This document shows positions 51,423 through 64,000 of a stretch of 64,000 nt of DNA, one piece after another. Under the pieces are notes generated by a model. It searched no databases and was not told where the DNA came from. It saw only the letters and a program-made list of their open reading frames with translations. Each line of letters opens with the position of its first letter. Within the stretch, counting starts at the first letter, position 1. The stretch is taken from the NCBI GenBank assembly GCA_051362555.1, contig CM120645.1:15562001-15626000 (forward strand), written 5' to 3'. Source of the DNA: Lingula anatina. Taxonomy: Eukaryota; Animalia; Brachiopoda. Position numbers and translations under genes: made by a program.

Positions 51423-54400
51423 TATTTGATAATACCGATTTCTTCCATTGCACCAGATGACCTAGTCCAAGCCACCGAATGCAGCAGGGGTGCCACGAAG
51501 CAATCTCACCTGAAAAATCCTCGTGTTCTTTTATAACGTCCCAGGTACCCGTGTTACACAGCTTATTCTGCTTGTTGGGTGCAAACTGACTGTGCTGCAT
51601 AGACGGCTCCGTGGCCTTCATCTCACAGAAAGAGTCAACCTGAAATGCAGTAGAATCTAAGTGTCCTTAAGGCTGGGTCACACTGCGCTTGCAACCTTTT
51701 GGCAACCTCTTTGCAACCACAAAATCTGGTGGTCGCTTGCCATCACTTTGCGACCTAATTTGCATATTTTGATCGGCAAGCAGTTGCTAACCGGTTGCAA
51801 CAAGGTTACAGTATGGTATCTGCAACCTCTTACAGACAATCTTCAAGTCAGAGGTTACCAGTCGCACACCGTTAGGCGAGCGATAAACAACCTGTCAGCA
51901 ACCACTTGGAGACTGAAAACCGGTTGCAGGACTGTAGCGATCGCTTGCCAACTGGTAGCAGCAAGGTTGCACAGACTATATATATTTTATAAGTTGTGAC
52001 GATAGCTACCTTCTCGTAAATTTCCCTCTCGGATGACAACAGAGGAAATATTTTAAACATTATTATACAACGATTGGATCCGTTCCGTAGCAGCTTCAAA
52101 TGATTTAATATTTTGAATATTAAAGTATGATTCTGCTATGAGATTCTGTTATAACGTCACAGTCGATTTCTGTACTACCAATATTGTCAAACTTACAATA
52201 ATAAATAAGAAATATATTTGTACTATATATTGGCATTTATATCAAACCAGTGGTGTAATAAAACACATATTTGGATGTTTTTTCAGCCTTATTAATGTAA
52301 TAATAGGCATGCATAGTTTTTTTTTCAATACTTGGTATCTTTGAGGTCGCAAGGCCTGTGCAGTTACGGTCACACTGAACATAAAACCTCCTTGCGACTT
52401 GCAACTGTCACCGGTTGCAGAAAGGTTGGCGACAAGTTGCAACAACTCGCAAAGTGGTCTCCAAATGAACGCTGGGTTACTATCCGGTCGCGCCGGTTTT
52501 CGGTGCAGCACCGAAAACCTCCTGGCGACCGAAAAGCCTATTTGTGGTATCCAACCGGTTGCTAAAAGGTCGCCGACTGCTTAGCAACTGATTTGCGACC
52601 GATTGTGTGGTTTTCCCTTTGTCTTTGTAGCCCCAAGCGTTACACTTACAATACAACATCTTTAAATAGTGAAGGATCCTGCGCGTCATCAATTTGTTTC
52701 CGTCCTTGTGGTACGAATTCTAAGTACTGGGAGGAAGTTAATTTGTATTTATTTGACCTTCTTTATATTGGTGACATTGTTTTACTGTTATAAAAATGCC
52801 TGACAATTAAATTTATTGTAAAAAGTATGAATCAAACTTTGCTATTTACTTTTTTCTCTGCGCCCGCCTATTTGCTTAATTTTTCTTCCATTGTGACTTG
52901 GCAAATTATGACTTGGCAAATTAAAAAGTAAGATATTTCCGGCTGCTTTAGTCATTAAAAATGTTTCCAGTAGATTTGACAACAATAGTTGTCAAAAATT
53001 AGCCATGATATAGGAATGGATAAAAAGATAACAGTTTATCGTTTACATTGTGATAATCATTATTGATTGTTTTGGCACTTTATTTGATTTGTTTTTAAAG
53101 TCTTTCAATTGTTGGTTATAGAAAAACCTTTAAAAGTAATCAACTAATTCTTCTTCCTCTTTAATAGTAAATTTAGGCTCCCTGTCTCCTCCGCGTTCAT
53201 CATCTTTCGGTTGATCCTCTTCGTGGGAAGCAGAGTCTGTGTTGGAACTTTGTGAAGAACTTTCTTCACGGGCATTTGCTTTCTCAAAATACATTCTGGC
53301 CACCCTTCCCACGCTGTTGGATGACATACTGGGGACTGAAGACACGGGCTCAGCGGCTTCTATTTACAACACTTTTAGTCAAGTATGGTGGCTGATAGGG
53401 ACTCATACATTTATTTATTTTATTGAAAAAAAATACTTATGAAAACCTTCTAAATAAATTTAAAAGGATGACAACAAATACAATCTACGTTTTAATTGAG
53501 AAATAACGATTTTGTCAAGGTATTTAGAAAGCCTTAATGGCATGATATAAATGAAAAATATATTTATATATTTAGTGGCCACCATCCTACGCTTATTTTA
53601 TCACGGTTGCTTGCGACCTTCTCGCGACATGTTTTCGAGTGCATGCGAGCTGTAAGAAACCTGTTAGAGACCAAGCGACTAAAGACCGTTAATCGACCAT
53701 GAAGTTTCAACTGCAACCTCCTTGTGACCTGCTGCCCACCGCTTGCAACCGGTTAGTAACCTGTTTGCAACTAAGCGACTAAAGACCGCCAATCGACCGT
53801 GCAGTTACAGGTGGTATGCGACTGGTTTTAGTCTGGTTACAGCGACCTACTGGCAACCAAGAGGAGACCTATAGGCAACCTCTCAGTTACCAATCGTTTT
53901 CATTATCAGTCGCACTGGTTGTCGGTGCCAAAAAAATGGCCTTCGTGTGTCAACGATCGCAGGCGACCTGTTTGCAACCTAATGCGACCACTTTAAAACC
54001 TAGGGCAACCTCCTTGCGACTGAGGTTGCAAAGAGGTTGCCAAAAGGTTGCAAGCGCAGTGTGACCCAGCCTTTATATGGATCATATTAGCAATTGGTGT
54101 AACTTTATTTTACATATAAACTTTAGTGTGGCAAGAGACTTTATCTTTTAACCCAACATCCTCAGTTCAGCAATTTGGAAAAAGGGTTATTTTTTCTTTC
54201 TTTACATAAAAAAGCAGGAGCATATCTCTACGCAAATCTTTATTTATTTATTTATTTATTTATCAAATCTGCACAGTTCACTTGAGGGATGAAGAAGAGT
54301 AAATGACATTATATAAACTAACCGAGTCGATGAACTGGTAGAACATGACCGAAGCCTTGGCGGTGTTTCTGGTCAGGAAAGGATAAAAGCGGCAGTCCTT

Positions 54401-57400
54401 CTCCGGGAGCCCTGTAAGACGACTTAACATGCATCGTCTAGCCGTCTTCCCGTCGTAGACCTTGTAAGTGCCGCGAACCTGCAAAATTGAAGGAGCATAA
54501 ACACTTAAAAAATTTTCCTTGTAAATGCTTAATTTTATCATCATATGATAATAGTTGCAATGGCTTGTTTGTTTTTTCTTTAAAGTTGGATTCACTTTCA
54601 ATTTTCACCACGGATTAGATCAAAATGTTTTTTTAATATACCCTATGATTCAATATTTCACAAAGTGGTTGAAAATTCCAGTCATGGACCTTTACTTCGA
54701 GAATCGTTACTAGTAATCACCCCGCCCCTAAACAGTAGTTATTAATACTATACCCCAACCCTCCCACCCCTCCCACAACCCAAACAGAGGAGGTGCGTTA
54801 CTAGTACCCCTCCACACCACCCCTCTCATTAAGACTACTTGTATATAGAACAAGTGTACTGTAGTTTTTATACCACTTCCTCCACTCAACCCCTCCCCTA
54901 CCTACCCTCGACGAACACCCGGTGACAGTGGGCCTCCCGTTGGCCCCCACGTAGAACAGCGGGTAGTTTTCGTCCTCTACCAGACCGTACTCGTCAAATA
55001 CGCCATAGCGAAGATGGGCAAACTCATGGACGATCACGCGCCCTGAAACAGAATATATATATGTACGAGAAGCTACTGTTTCATAATGGAAAGACACTTG
55101 AGATAAGGACCTGTTCTACAAAATGTATATTAAATATTTTAGTCTATTCAGTGTTAAGAAACGAAGTTAGAGGAGTTGTAGAGATTTGAGTCATAGTGAA
55201 TATTTATAGGCCTAAACTACACAGACGAAAGTGTCACATTGCACTGTCGATATTTTCCTTTTAGTGTCCAGTGCCGACAACAATTTAAACTTAATTATTG
55301 TCCTCAAGAGGCCTTTATTGCGAGGGTCTTCCGAGATAGGCGGAAAAGAGTTTTCGCTTTAATAATTAATGATTTGTTCCTGGTAGAAGTGAACTTTCAT
55401 TATTAGGGTTTACTTGCTCACTCTTAGAGGAAATTTTACCATAAAATCAACTGTTCTTTTTTTTTTAATTTCAGACGCCTTTTAAATTATGTCGAAACCA
55501 ATTTTTTCCTCAAAATTCCTCCCCTCCTATTAGGTTGCCGTGATAAACCCATACTGATTTAGAGACGTTATCTCGTAATTGCCGTACACAAGATTAATAT
55601 TACATCAATGCATACTGTGGTTTTTGTCTACATTGTAGATACATGACATAAAAGTCCACAGTAGAGGAATGCGTTCTGTCTTATACTGCAAAAATAGTAC
55701 AGTTCTCAGTGCTGTCTCAGTTAAGAGATATGACCGTGTTGACGATAATTGGCATTTATCTGTGGCATCTTTTAAGTAGATATTTGCACATAAATGCTAT
55801 GAGCCGGGCAGGTAGATTTAGGGCCCTTTTAAATTTGTCATTGTACGACGGGCTGGGTCTCTTAGTTGGCCTACATGCCTCAAAGTACACTTAAACCCCA
55901 GTATACACTATCGGCAAGTTTCTTCCTAATACTTACAACGTACATGTATAGTTAGGAGTGTGCAATAAATAGTTTCCACTCAAACCTATTTAATTTATTG
56001 TAAATGTATGTTGAATGAACTTGATTGAAATATTGCTGTTCCCACCCATTTTTAAACGTTTTCATTAAAAAGTGTTTAATGAGTTTTTGGCTTCTTATCA
56101 GTCGTTTGTATGACGCATATTGGAGTCCAGCTTTTTTATTCGGTTATTTAATAAGCCAACGCGTAAGTGACTGACGGGTAAATGAATGTTTTAGGAACAA
56201 ACGAAAGCAACAGGATTTTCAATACCAGTTTCATCAACACTGGATAGCGCTACATCCTACAGATAACACTATCCATTGGATAAAATCCTTATCCTCTTTA
56301 TAGTTATCCTGAGGATAGCAGCTATTTTAACCGCTGGGTAGCAATATCAGAAACAAATATTAAAATCTTAAGAAATTCTTATTTTACCCACAGGATAGCA
56401 ATGGGCCCTGTGTGCTAATATACAGCATTTTAATAATAAGGTTATTTGGCACAAGCTGCTCACCGGTCAGATGTCTTCGACAGATTGGCTCACACATTTT
56501 AGATATTTATTAATATTTTAATATTAATACATACAATATCTTTAAAGATTAGACATATTCCACAAAAATAAATAAATAAATAAATAAAATGTACGCACCC
56601 GGATCTCCCCAGTTGTACTCTCTGTTGGTGCCGTTGTCCAGAACGTATTCCGGCGTCACATGAACGTACTCGGCCGGCTCCCCGCACTCTCCGGGCTGCT
56701 TGGTGTACGGTACGTGACCGTACACGGGGTTACTGTGGTCCACACGGAAGTCCGCCTTGGCGAAGGTCTCCAGTGTCGCCTTCTCGTACTCGGGGCGGTC
56801 CTTCCACGTCTCCGGGATGAGGATGCTCACGTTACGGAAGTAGGCGCGCTGGCGTGTGGCGGTGTGGAGGTATGGAGAGGCAGACGTGAAGAGTTTCTGG
56901 TGGATGAATTAAAATATTATAGTAATTATAGGAACGGCAGTAATTAAATGAAAAATGAAAGAAAAAGGGGGTAGGAGAGAGAGAGAGAAGAGGAAAAGAC
57001 AAAGGGAAGGGACAAAGTCCTGTTTTTTCTTCGATAGAAGGTTCATTGTGACGTTATATTGAGTTAATTTTCGATATCATTTCCATTTCTTTACGATATT
57101 TATTTACAAATGACACTAAGAAACCATTTCATCTTGTTTGTTGGAAATTAGAAATAAACTCATTTCCACTTGTTATTTGGGGATAATCAGTCTTTAACCA
57201 ATGAATCATTTATTCAAGCGGAATACCGATACATTTTAACGTTAGTTTCTGAGAATTTATTTGATTTCGCCTTTTTCTGTGACATGATTTACGTTACCAT
57301 AATAAAGAAAATTTAGCTTACTACTTAAAGGACTACATTTACTTTCTTCTTTTTTAATTTTGCATTTCACTCTCACTATATACTGTAAATATGATAGAAG

Positions 57401-57592
57401 ACAATTATTGTTGCAGTAATGAAAATTTACCTTAATTTCGTCAATCATGGCCAAGTTTTCCTTGACGCTGTGATGTATGGCCACCAGTACGCCTTCGTAG
57501 CCGTTATTCTTGAAGGACATGAGTGAGTTCTGGCCCGCATTGCTCCCTACTGCCAGTGCCACCAAGACCAGGAAACCCGTCAGGGAAGTCAT
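46073..57592 (-). CDS. CLCA: CLCA-family protein, copy 2, ~944 aa, 14 coding exons
   Basis: Exons 57592-57431, 56896-56599, 55042-54906, 54478-54323, 51639-51510, 51257-51112, 50860-50618, 50194-50008, 49722-49616, 49292-49062, 48703-48427, 48066-47911, 47128-46919, 46467-46073 join in frame (2835 nt). Motifs: NGYEGVLVAI, HEFAHLRYGVFDEY, APNKQNKLC, LDVSESM, LRDNGAGSD, YPPSRIIDL, WTEPGEDLD, C-terminal TM with short tail. Confidence 0.93.
47549..47836. mobile_element. Short non-autonomous element, HINE/Helentron-associated-like
   Basis: actagacaagcactcagagagcgcagacctccgccaagg ... (GACA)n tract ... aacataacctccttggcgaaggtaa. A short subterminal inverted repeat (acctccgccaagg / ccttggcgaaggt) plus an internal microsatellite is the layout of HINE-type elements; the family label is inferred. 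Confidence 0.55.
50907..51020. repeat. Compound (TAC)n(TAA)n microsatellite
   Basis: Visible trinucleotide runs in a CLCA copy-2 intron; source of the poly-Tyr ORF. Confidence 0.9.
51670..54072. mobile_element. Internally deleted PIF/Harbinger-like DNA transposon (2403 bp) in a CLCA copy-2 intron
   Basis: ~49-bp TIRs AGGCTGGGTCACACTGCGCTTGCAACCTTTTGGCAACCTCTTTGCAACC ... reverse complement ending CCCAGCCT. TSD TTA (51667-51669 and 54073-54075). Many GCAACC/GGTTGC subterminal motifs. The minus-strand ORF 53130-53345 ends in PKFTIKEEEELVDYF, resembling the first helix of a Myb/SANT(MADF)-type DNA-binding protein. No transposase seen. Confidence 0.85.
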
Positions 57593-60500
57593 CTCTTTGG
57601 AAATATGCCATAGAATGTCGTGGGAATAGTTCACGCAACATAATTCAAACTTATAACGAAAAAATCCTGAAACAATGCTACTTCATTCTTCGAGCACTTT
57701 GTTTTGTTTGCAATGAAACAATTTTTTGAAAAAGAAAACTTAAACGAATAACTACGTACCGTCCACTCTTCTGTTGAATAAAACTTATGTGCTCACTGAC
57801 TGTGTTACTTAAACTAGCATAAATTTTGACCGATAGTCAAATCTCAAATATCTCATGCCAACTAGTAGTTCTTATTTGCAATACAGTGGTTCCACTAATA
57901 CTAATGTAATAGCTATTAAAAAGTAATGGCAATATCAACCTTAAAAACCATTTAAGGTTAACTTGGGACAGGGCCATTTGAAAAAAAAATACTTACTTTT
58001 TAAGTGCTTTTAAGCGGACTACCAAAAGCCTACAACGCTGCGTCAGTGCTCGTCGTCAATTACGCAAGACGGTATGTGCCTAATAATTCTCTGCCCTCAA
58101 GATTTACTCAGCGCTCTTTCTCGCTATCAAGAACTCATTCTACATCAACCCGCGTACCCTTTATGTAGCAATCACGATCACTTTGTTCCCAGGTCGATTT
58201 TTCTATTCACAATCTTTGTCCTAGGACTAAATACTATCGCAGACTCTTCGAAAGCGTGGGTCGGCTATTGGAAGGGGAATAAACACTTAGTTCAGTTGTT
58301 TATTTGAGTCGGGAAGGAAACGGGACTATTTGTCCACACGGAGTGATAAAATGATTTGTCCGTCAACAAAACGTTCAGAAATCATGGGGCGTTTTTCAGT
58401 TGCTTGGCTATCAGTTTTGCATTTAGGATATAATTTAGGTAAATTTCTTTACGATGAAACTTAGGTCACCTTCTGCTCTTGTGCCCGAGAAATTGAAAAA
58501 GTGATTTTTCCCGTAAAAATTATTTTTCTATTTTTTTCCATCTTGATTATATTTTCATTATCGTAGTATGGGGGGGGGGGGGGGGGGGGGGGGGGGGGAG
58601 GAGAGTCGACGGCAGCGTCCAAATTGAAATTTGATATATTTTAATTCTTACGAATTACTGCCATGTTAAACACCTCTTTACAATGGCTTGCAAGTGCAGA
58701 CACTGATACATGATTTCATTGCTTGTTATCTGCTTTGTATCTTTTAACAAATACCCCATTTCTTATTCCAAGGGTCAACTAGAACCCTGAATGTAAGAGC
58801 AGACGACGCCGTCCTCTCACTCTTTCAGACCCATCAGCATAGCTCACACACTTTAAAAAATCTTAAATATCCTTTTAAATATTTTCCACTCAACTTTATT
58901 AATTGTATATAAAGTGTGTATTAAAATGATAAAAAATACTGTAGATGCTAGTAAAAAGACAATGGAAATCAGAGTAACAAAACGAAAAGAAGGATAGGCG
59001 CAAATGATTCAACTAAAAATGTCCTCGATTACTTTTCAATATTTTATTTTTTCAATAATTTCAAAGATTTTTCATAAATTACTGCCCTCTGATAGGGCCA
59101 CATATGTATTTACACAATTTAAATATTTGTCTATGAAAACAATAAAATCTTTTTATGTATACAAACATGGCTATACTAGTATGATGAAACATTCAAATTC
59201 ACCATTTAAAAATCCCAAAGCATAGTCCAGTGCTCAGGAATTAACCTACTGTAATATCTTAACAAGCTTTTATCAAAGATTACGTTTGAACTTTAGATGT
59301 TTGTTTGAACTCTCTAAAATTGAAAAATTTGTGATGAACTGCAAAGAAACAATATTCGAAGAGTGTTAATAATCAACTTCAACATTTCGCACAAATATTT
59401 TGAAAGTATCCCTATATTCGCTACAGCTTAACCCCCAAATAAGAAAAAAACTCTATGATTTCTTATAAAAAAATACAGAAATATCTACCATGAATCAATA
59501 TCCATGCCGTTCTTCATATGGAGCGGGGAAAGCTATCTTTATCAAAAAACAATAATAATTTTCTCATTTAGGTACTGAATTACGCAACTGGTCATTTAAT
59601 TGCAGCATCTGAATACCAATGCAAAATCATCATCACAACAAATACGTGCATTTGCCGAATCTAAACATATAATAAACTCTCTGAAACCACGGAATGGACC
59701 TGGTTGCTTTTAAGTTCTGTCACACAGAAAAAAAGGCCCAAAATGAACACCTCCAGTTTTGCTGCCTTTTTTTAAAAAAATAAAATCAGAGATAAAAAAA
59801 CCAGGAGACGACACAATGCAGCTACACATTAGAAGAGTACAAAAACGAGTCCCATTACTATACCCCGAGTCTCCAAGAACACTGGGACCTCATCACTATT
59901 ATAATGTGAATACCCACTGAGTTATGACATCCAGGGTACATACCACACATACTGGGTCAATCACCCCCCTATAGATATTAACCTTTTTTGTGAGACCCCC
60001 CCCCCTTGACAAACCATAAGATGGCATTACTCACCTCATTTATAGCTATTATCCCTTTTTGATATGAAACTTTTATGTAACAAATCTTAACATCTATTAC
60101 TCGTACTTTTCAAAATGACTTAAGATTATGTGCCTTTATTGCGTTTTTTTAATACCCAGGTCCCATCTATAATGAGGCACTCATACAGGGACTCAAGACT
60201 TAACACCTTTAAAAGTAATCAATATACAAGGGTAGCAATAGGCTGCTAAGCCACATGTATGACTCTTATTAATGCCAATTAATCAGCCAGGTGAACAAAG
60301 TCCACCTGAGATTTCCATGGAGTGCTGCAGCAAAAAAGTAGATTAATTTGATCATCTTGTGATGCCATCCAGAACTTCACCAGTTCAGGTTTAAGTGTGT
60401 GTCTCATTGTTAATTGAAATACACAGGAAACCATGCAGCTTATATAAAAAGATTCTTGATGCCCTGTGTCCTTAAAAACATGTATGGATAGATGCTATCC

Positions 60501-61316
60501 AGCTATCTGTACATATACAGTATCATTACACATGTCTTAGCTTTTAGTTTAAAGATTGTGTAATTTGCTCCTAAAATGTAATGATGCTACTACCAACTTG
60601 TTAAAAAAAAAGAAAAAAAAAAAAAAAAACAGATATATGTTTACTGAGTCATGCACTCATCATCAGCAAGATGATATTTTAGTTTGATATTAGATGACAG
60701 TTTCAATAAAAATTACTTTAAATTAATAGGTGAACAGTTGCATTGCACATTATCCTGTTGAAAAATCCACTTTTACACATTTTTATTTATCAAGTGACCC
60801 TCACAGATCCTAACTTACAGAACATGTCATATATGCAGTCACCAATCCTTTGTAAAAACTCCTCACAAAATGTTTAACTTTCTCATTCACAGTACTATCA
60901 GCACTGACCTAAATCTTGCAAGAGAAGACATAAAAAATAGAAAAAAATGGATGGTAACACAGTATCACTGTTAAAGACTGAAAGTCTGAATACAAAATAA
61001 TGCACATTTGTATTTGTTGAAATCTTATCAATACTAAAAAGCTGTTAGCTTTTTTGTACATCCCCACAGATATGCATATGTGCATTTATAAAACAGCAAA
61101 GTCATTTTTTGATTACTCTAGTTCTGACTCCATTCTTGTATAAAATTCTGTGGAAATCAAGGCCACTATATTATACCAAACACCACCAAACTTTGATACT
61201 ACCATGATAGTTTAAAAAGTTGACCTGAAGTATCTTAAAGCTGAGGAATGTTAAGTTAACTTCCCTGCTTAATTCCATTCTTATTAAAGGGAACAAAATG
61301 TTTGTCCCCCTTAACA

Positions 61317-63831
61317 TCAGAAGGTTGGTGCATTCAGAATAAACAGTCTGTCCTCCTCTCTCTTGATCCACTTGAGGAGTTTGTTGATGGACGTGATGGC
61401 TTGAGTTTTGGTCACCAGAGGGCCAAACACCGTGTAGAGCTCAAAACCCGACGTCATCTGGAGAACAAATGTGAAATATGTTTACTTCTAAATCACTATG
61501 ATCCAAGATGTAAAGGATTTACTGAAATCCTGGCAGGGTCGCAGGGGTAAAATAAAATACTGACTCCCATGGCAAATTTTCACACAGAAAAAAATAGAGG
61601 CTGGGTAGAGGCTTGGTCTTTTTCAACCAATACATTGCTTTTTTTTCAATATTCAGTTAAACTGGTATTAAGACTCATAAAAATGAAGATCAAGTGCCTT
61701 TTTGTGTAACTTTCCTAAAACCTAATGTACATTCCATCTCTATTCTAATATGGGTAGGTAGTGCTGAGCATCAGAAAAAATCTTTCCAAATTAACAATGA
61801 ATTCTGGCACTAATCTCATTTTTTGGAGTTCATACTGACCAAAGAGATAAGTATGTTTGGTGTGACTTCAAATTTTGCCACGTCAAAATTAACAAGTGTT
61901 CTTCATATTTTCCTGTGTTTGTCTAAAAATGTGACTTACCCATCCTAACAATGTCTCATTAGCTCCCACATGGAATAATATTTTCAATGGTCTAGCAGAA
62001 CTATGGATCCTATGATGAAGGTACAGGTACAGACCAAACAATCTGGAACAAAATAATAATATCAACAAATTTAAATTGGCATTCCAGATACAATACTTCA
62101 AAGGAATTTTGTAAATCAGTGAAGGTTGTCATTGTTTGTAAAAGATGGATTTAATTGGAAATTTACCATAACGGGGTCCAAGAGAGAATGCTCCATCTTT
62201 CTTGAAGGAAGATGGGTCAAATTAAAAGATCTCATTAAATCCAGCTAGTAGTTTCCTCTGTCCCTCAACCATCAAATATATATATATTTTCCTTTAATGT
62301 TCTCTGGTTACTAAATATTTCACATCTGGTCTAAACGCCTGCAGCCAGCTATAATCTATAATTCTCATAGAAGCCAACTGTGACACAAACACTCAACACA
62401 ATCTTTTCTCAACCAGTCTCACCTAACACAATTTCTCCCACCTACCTCTCTTGTTCCTCTTTGGTGGTATAGGGAGCGTCTAGCTCAGGACTGGTGTACT
62501 GTGCAGTGCTCTTGGACTTGTACATGAAGTGCCTGAGATCTGCTATCCCCACCTGTGATATACTGTACGACGTCCTGGCAAGAGCCTCCGTTATAGCAGT
62601 CAGGCAATTGTATCTGTTTAACCTCTGGAGAGCAAAGTTTGTAACAAGTTGATTACTTAAATATTCTGGTCATTGAATAGAATGTGATAATAAACACAGA
62701 AGGTAAGGTATTGACTTTACTAACTGCATAGTGCATGATTACACTCTATGTTGTAACGTAGTCACTGTCAAAGACTATCAGTCCAGGTAAGCAATAAAAT
62801 TTTATCCTGAAATAAATTGTAAAAAATGGTCTGCTTTTACTGTTGTTCAGAATAACCATCTTGAGTCTAGTTACTGCTGACTCTGAAAGCTAACTGTGGA
62901 TTTGTGACTTAGTGTTAAAAACTGACTAGAATGTTGCCTGTCCTCTGATCGAGGAAGACTAAAATATTTTCAAAATTTACACCTACATAGTGCTAGTATT
63001 TACACTATGATGGAATAAAGAATTCTTTTCTAAAATCTTAAATTTCTGAAATCCTGGCTTTGCCCGTCCTTGAAAAAGAAAAGGTAAAAAGCCTGTTTCT
63101 AGAATTTGATTTTCTGTGACGTTACCCGCACTTTTCTTGACCTTTGTCATTCCAACAATACTTACATCCACTATTTTCTGCCTGCACTCAGATAGGGTAA
63201 AGAACATGTCCCTGTCTACAGTGAGGAGGAGCAGACATGTCTGACATCCAGGGTCCAGATAGGAGACATAGGCATGAAGAAACCCACTGAAATGGGAAAG
63301 CATATTCTTAACATAGTACATTGTACATGGGCACCTTTCACAGTATGCTGATTATATTCAACAATATCATAAAACAATGCTTTCAAGATATTTTCTAGAA
63401 TCTATTTATTTTTGTTGTACTAGTTCTAATCACAACTGCTAAAATACAAAAAGTTAACATCTGTTGTTAGATTTCAGAAAACAATTTGAAGTCTTGCATA
63501 TGATAGACTTTACAGGTATAAGAAAAGAATACTACATCAAACTTGACAGATCATAGGTCTTTTTACAAACATTAAGCTAGTAATATAAATTCTGGAAAAT
63601 TTCAATTTAATAACACTAAAATGTTCATTTGATTTATATCCAAAATATTTCTCACCTTGCATCAAATTTTGGCAGACATATTGGTGTCCACGACTCAGCA
63701 GCTTTGAAACTCTCCGAGGCATTGACTAAATTGATGATGAGGTGAAGATCTGACGGATGCAGAAAATATTTCTTCATCCTCACCAGAGTGATGAGCTGGT
63801 TATTTGCCAGTAGAATGGCAAATACCAAATC
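61317..63831 (-). CDS. MON1: Vacuolar fusion protein MON1 homolog, 3' part (last five coding exons; gene continues beyond window)
   Basis: Exons 63831-63656, 63286-63166, 62624-62446, 62042-61940, 61457-61317 join in frame: [70 protein letters not shown]...[17 protein letters not shown]...[50 protein letters not shown]. These are hallmark MON1 motifs. Confidence 0.95.
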
Positions 63832-64000
63832 CTGGAGAGAAAACATGCTATAGTGAGTAGTGAAACACCTACACCAATTGTAATTGAAACAGAACAACAA
63901 TGCTCCATATTCTGAAATATTACACCTACTTTACATCAATATCTTTGTGAAGAGACAATTATCATAATTAATATCATAAAGTTATAATTGGGGTGGGTGG

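Noticed and set aside
32699-57729. Many plus-strand ORFs overlapping CLCA exons (e.g. 32699, 36705, 39109, 41040, 48305, 56660)
   Set aside because: Antisense to well-supported exons; no recognisable products.

Overview
AT-rich, intron-containing animal genomic DNA, most consistent with a mollusc or other lophotrochozoan (inferred from gene content, not proven). The ORF track misses most genes because they are spliced, so all gene models were built by hand from GT-AG sites and reading phase. Left to right: (1) an ORF running off the left edge, possibly the gag of a DIRS-like retroelement. (2) A decayed ~3.9-kb tandem segmental duplication (1.1-18.5 kb) carrying pseudo-exons of mytimycin/EF-hand-type genes. 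It is interrupted by MITEs with visible empty sites and by an intronless class-A GPCR with one in-frame stop. (3) An apparently intact 4-coding-exon mytimycin-like/Diedel-like precursor gene (signal peptide, 12-Cys peptide, KKR, EF-hand pair; minus strand, 21386-24838) bracketed by direct repeats. (4) A divergently oriented paralog encoding only signal peptide plus EF-hand pair (29715-30305). (5) Two tandem 14-exon CLCA-family metalloprotease/vWA genes with reciprocal intron differences, one hosting a deleted Harbinger element. (6) The last five coding exons of MON1. The best candidate for an undescribed system is the host-defence peptide locus: a mytimycin-like precursor, a stand-alone secreted EF-hand paralog, and dead copies of both.
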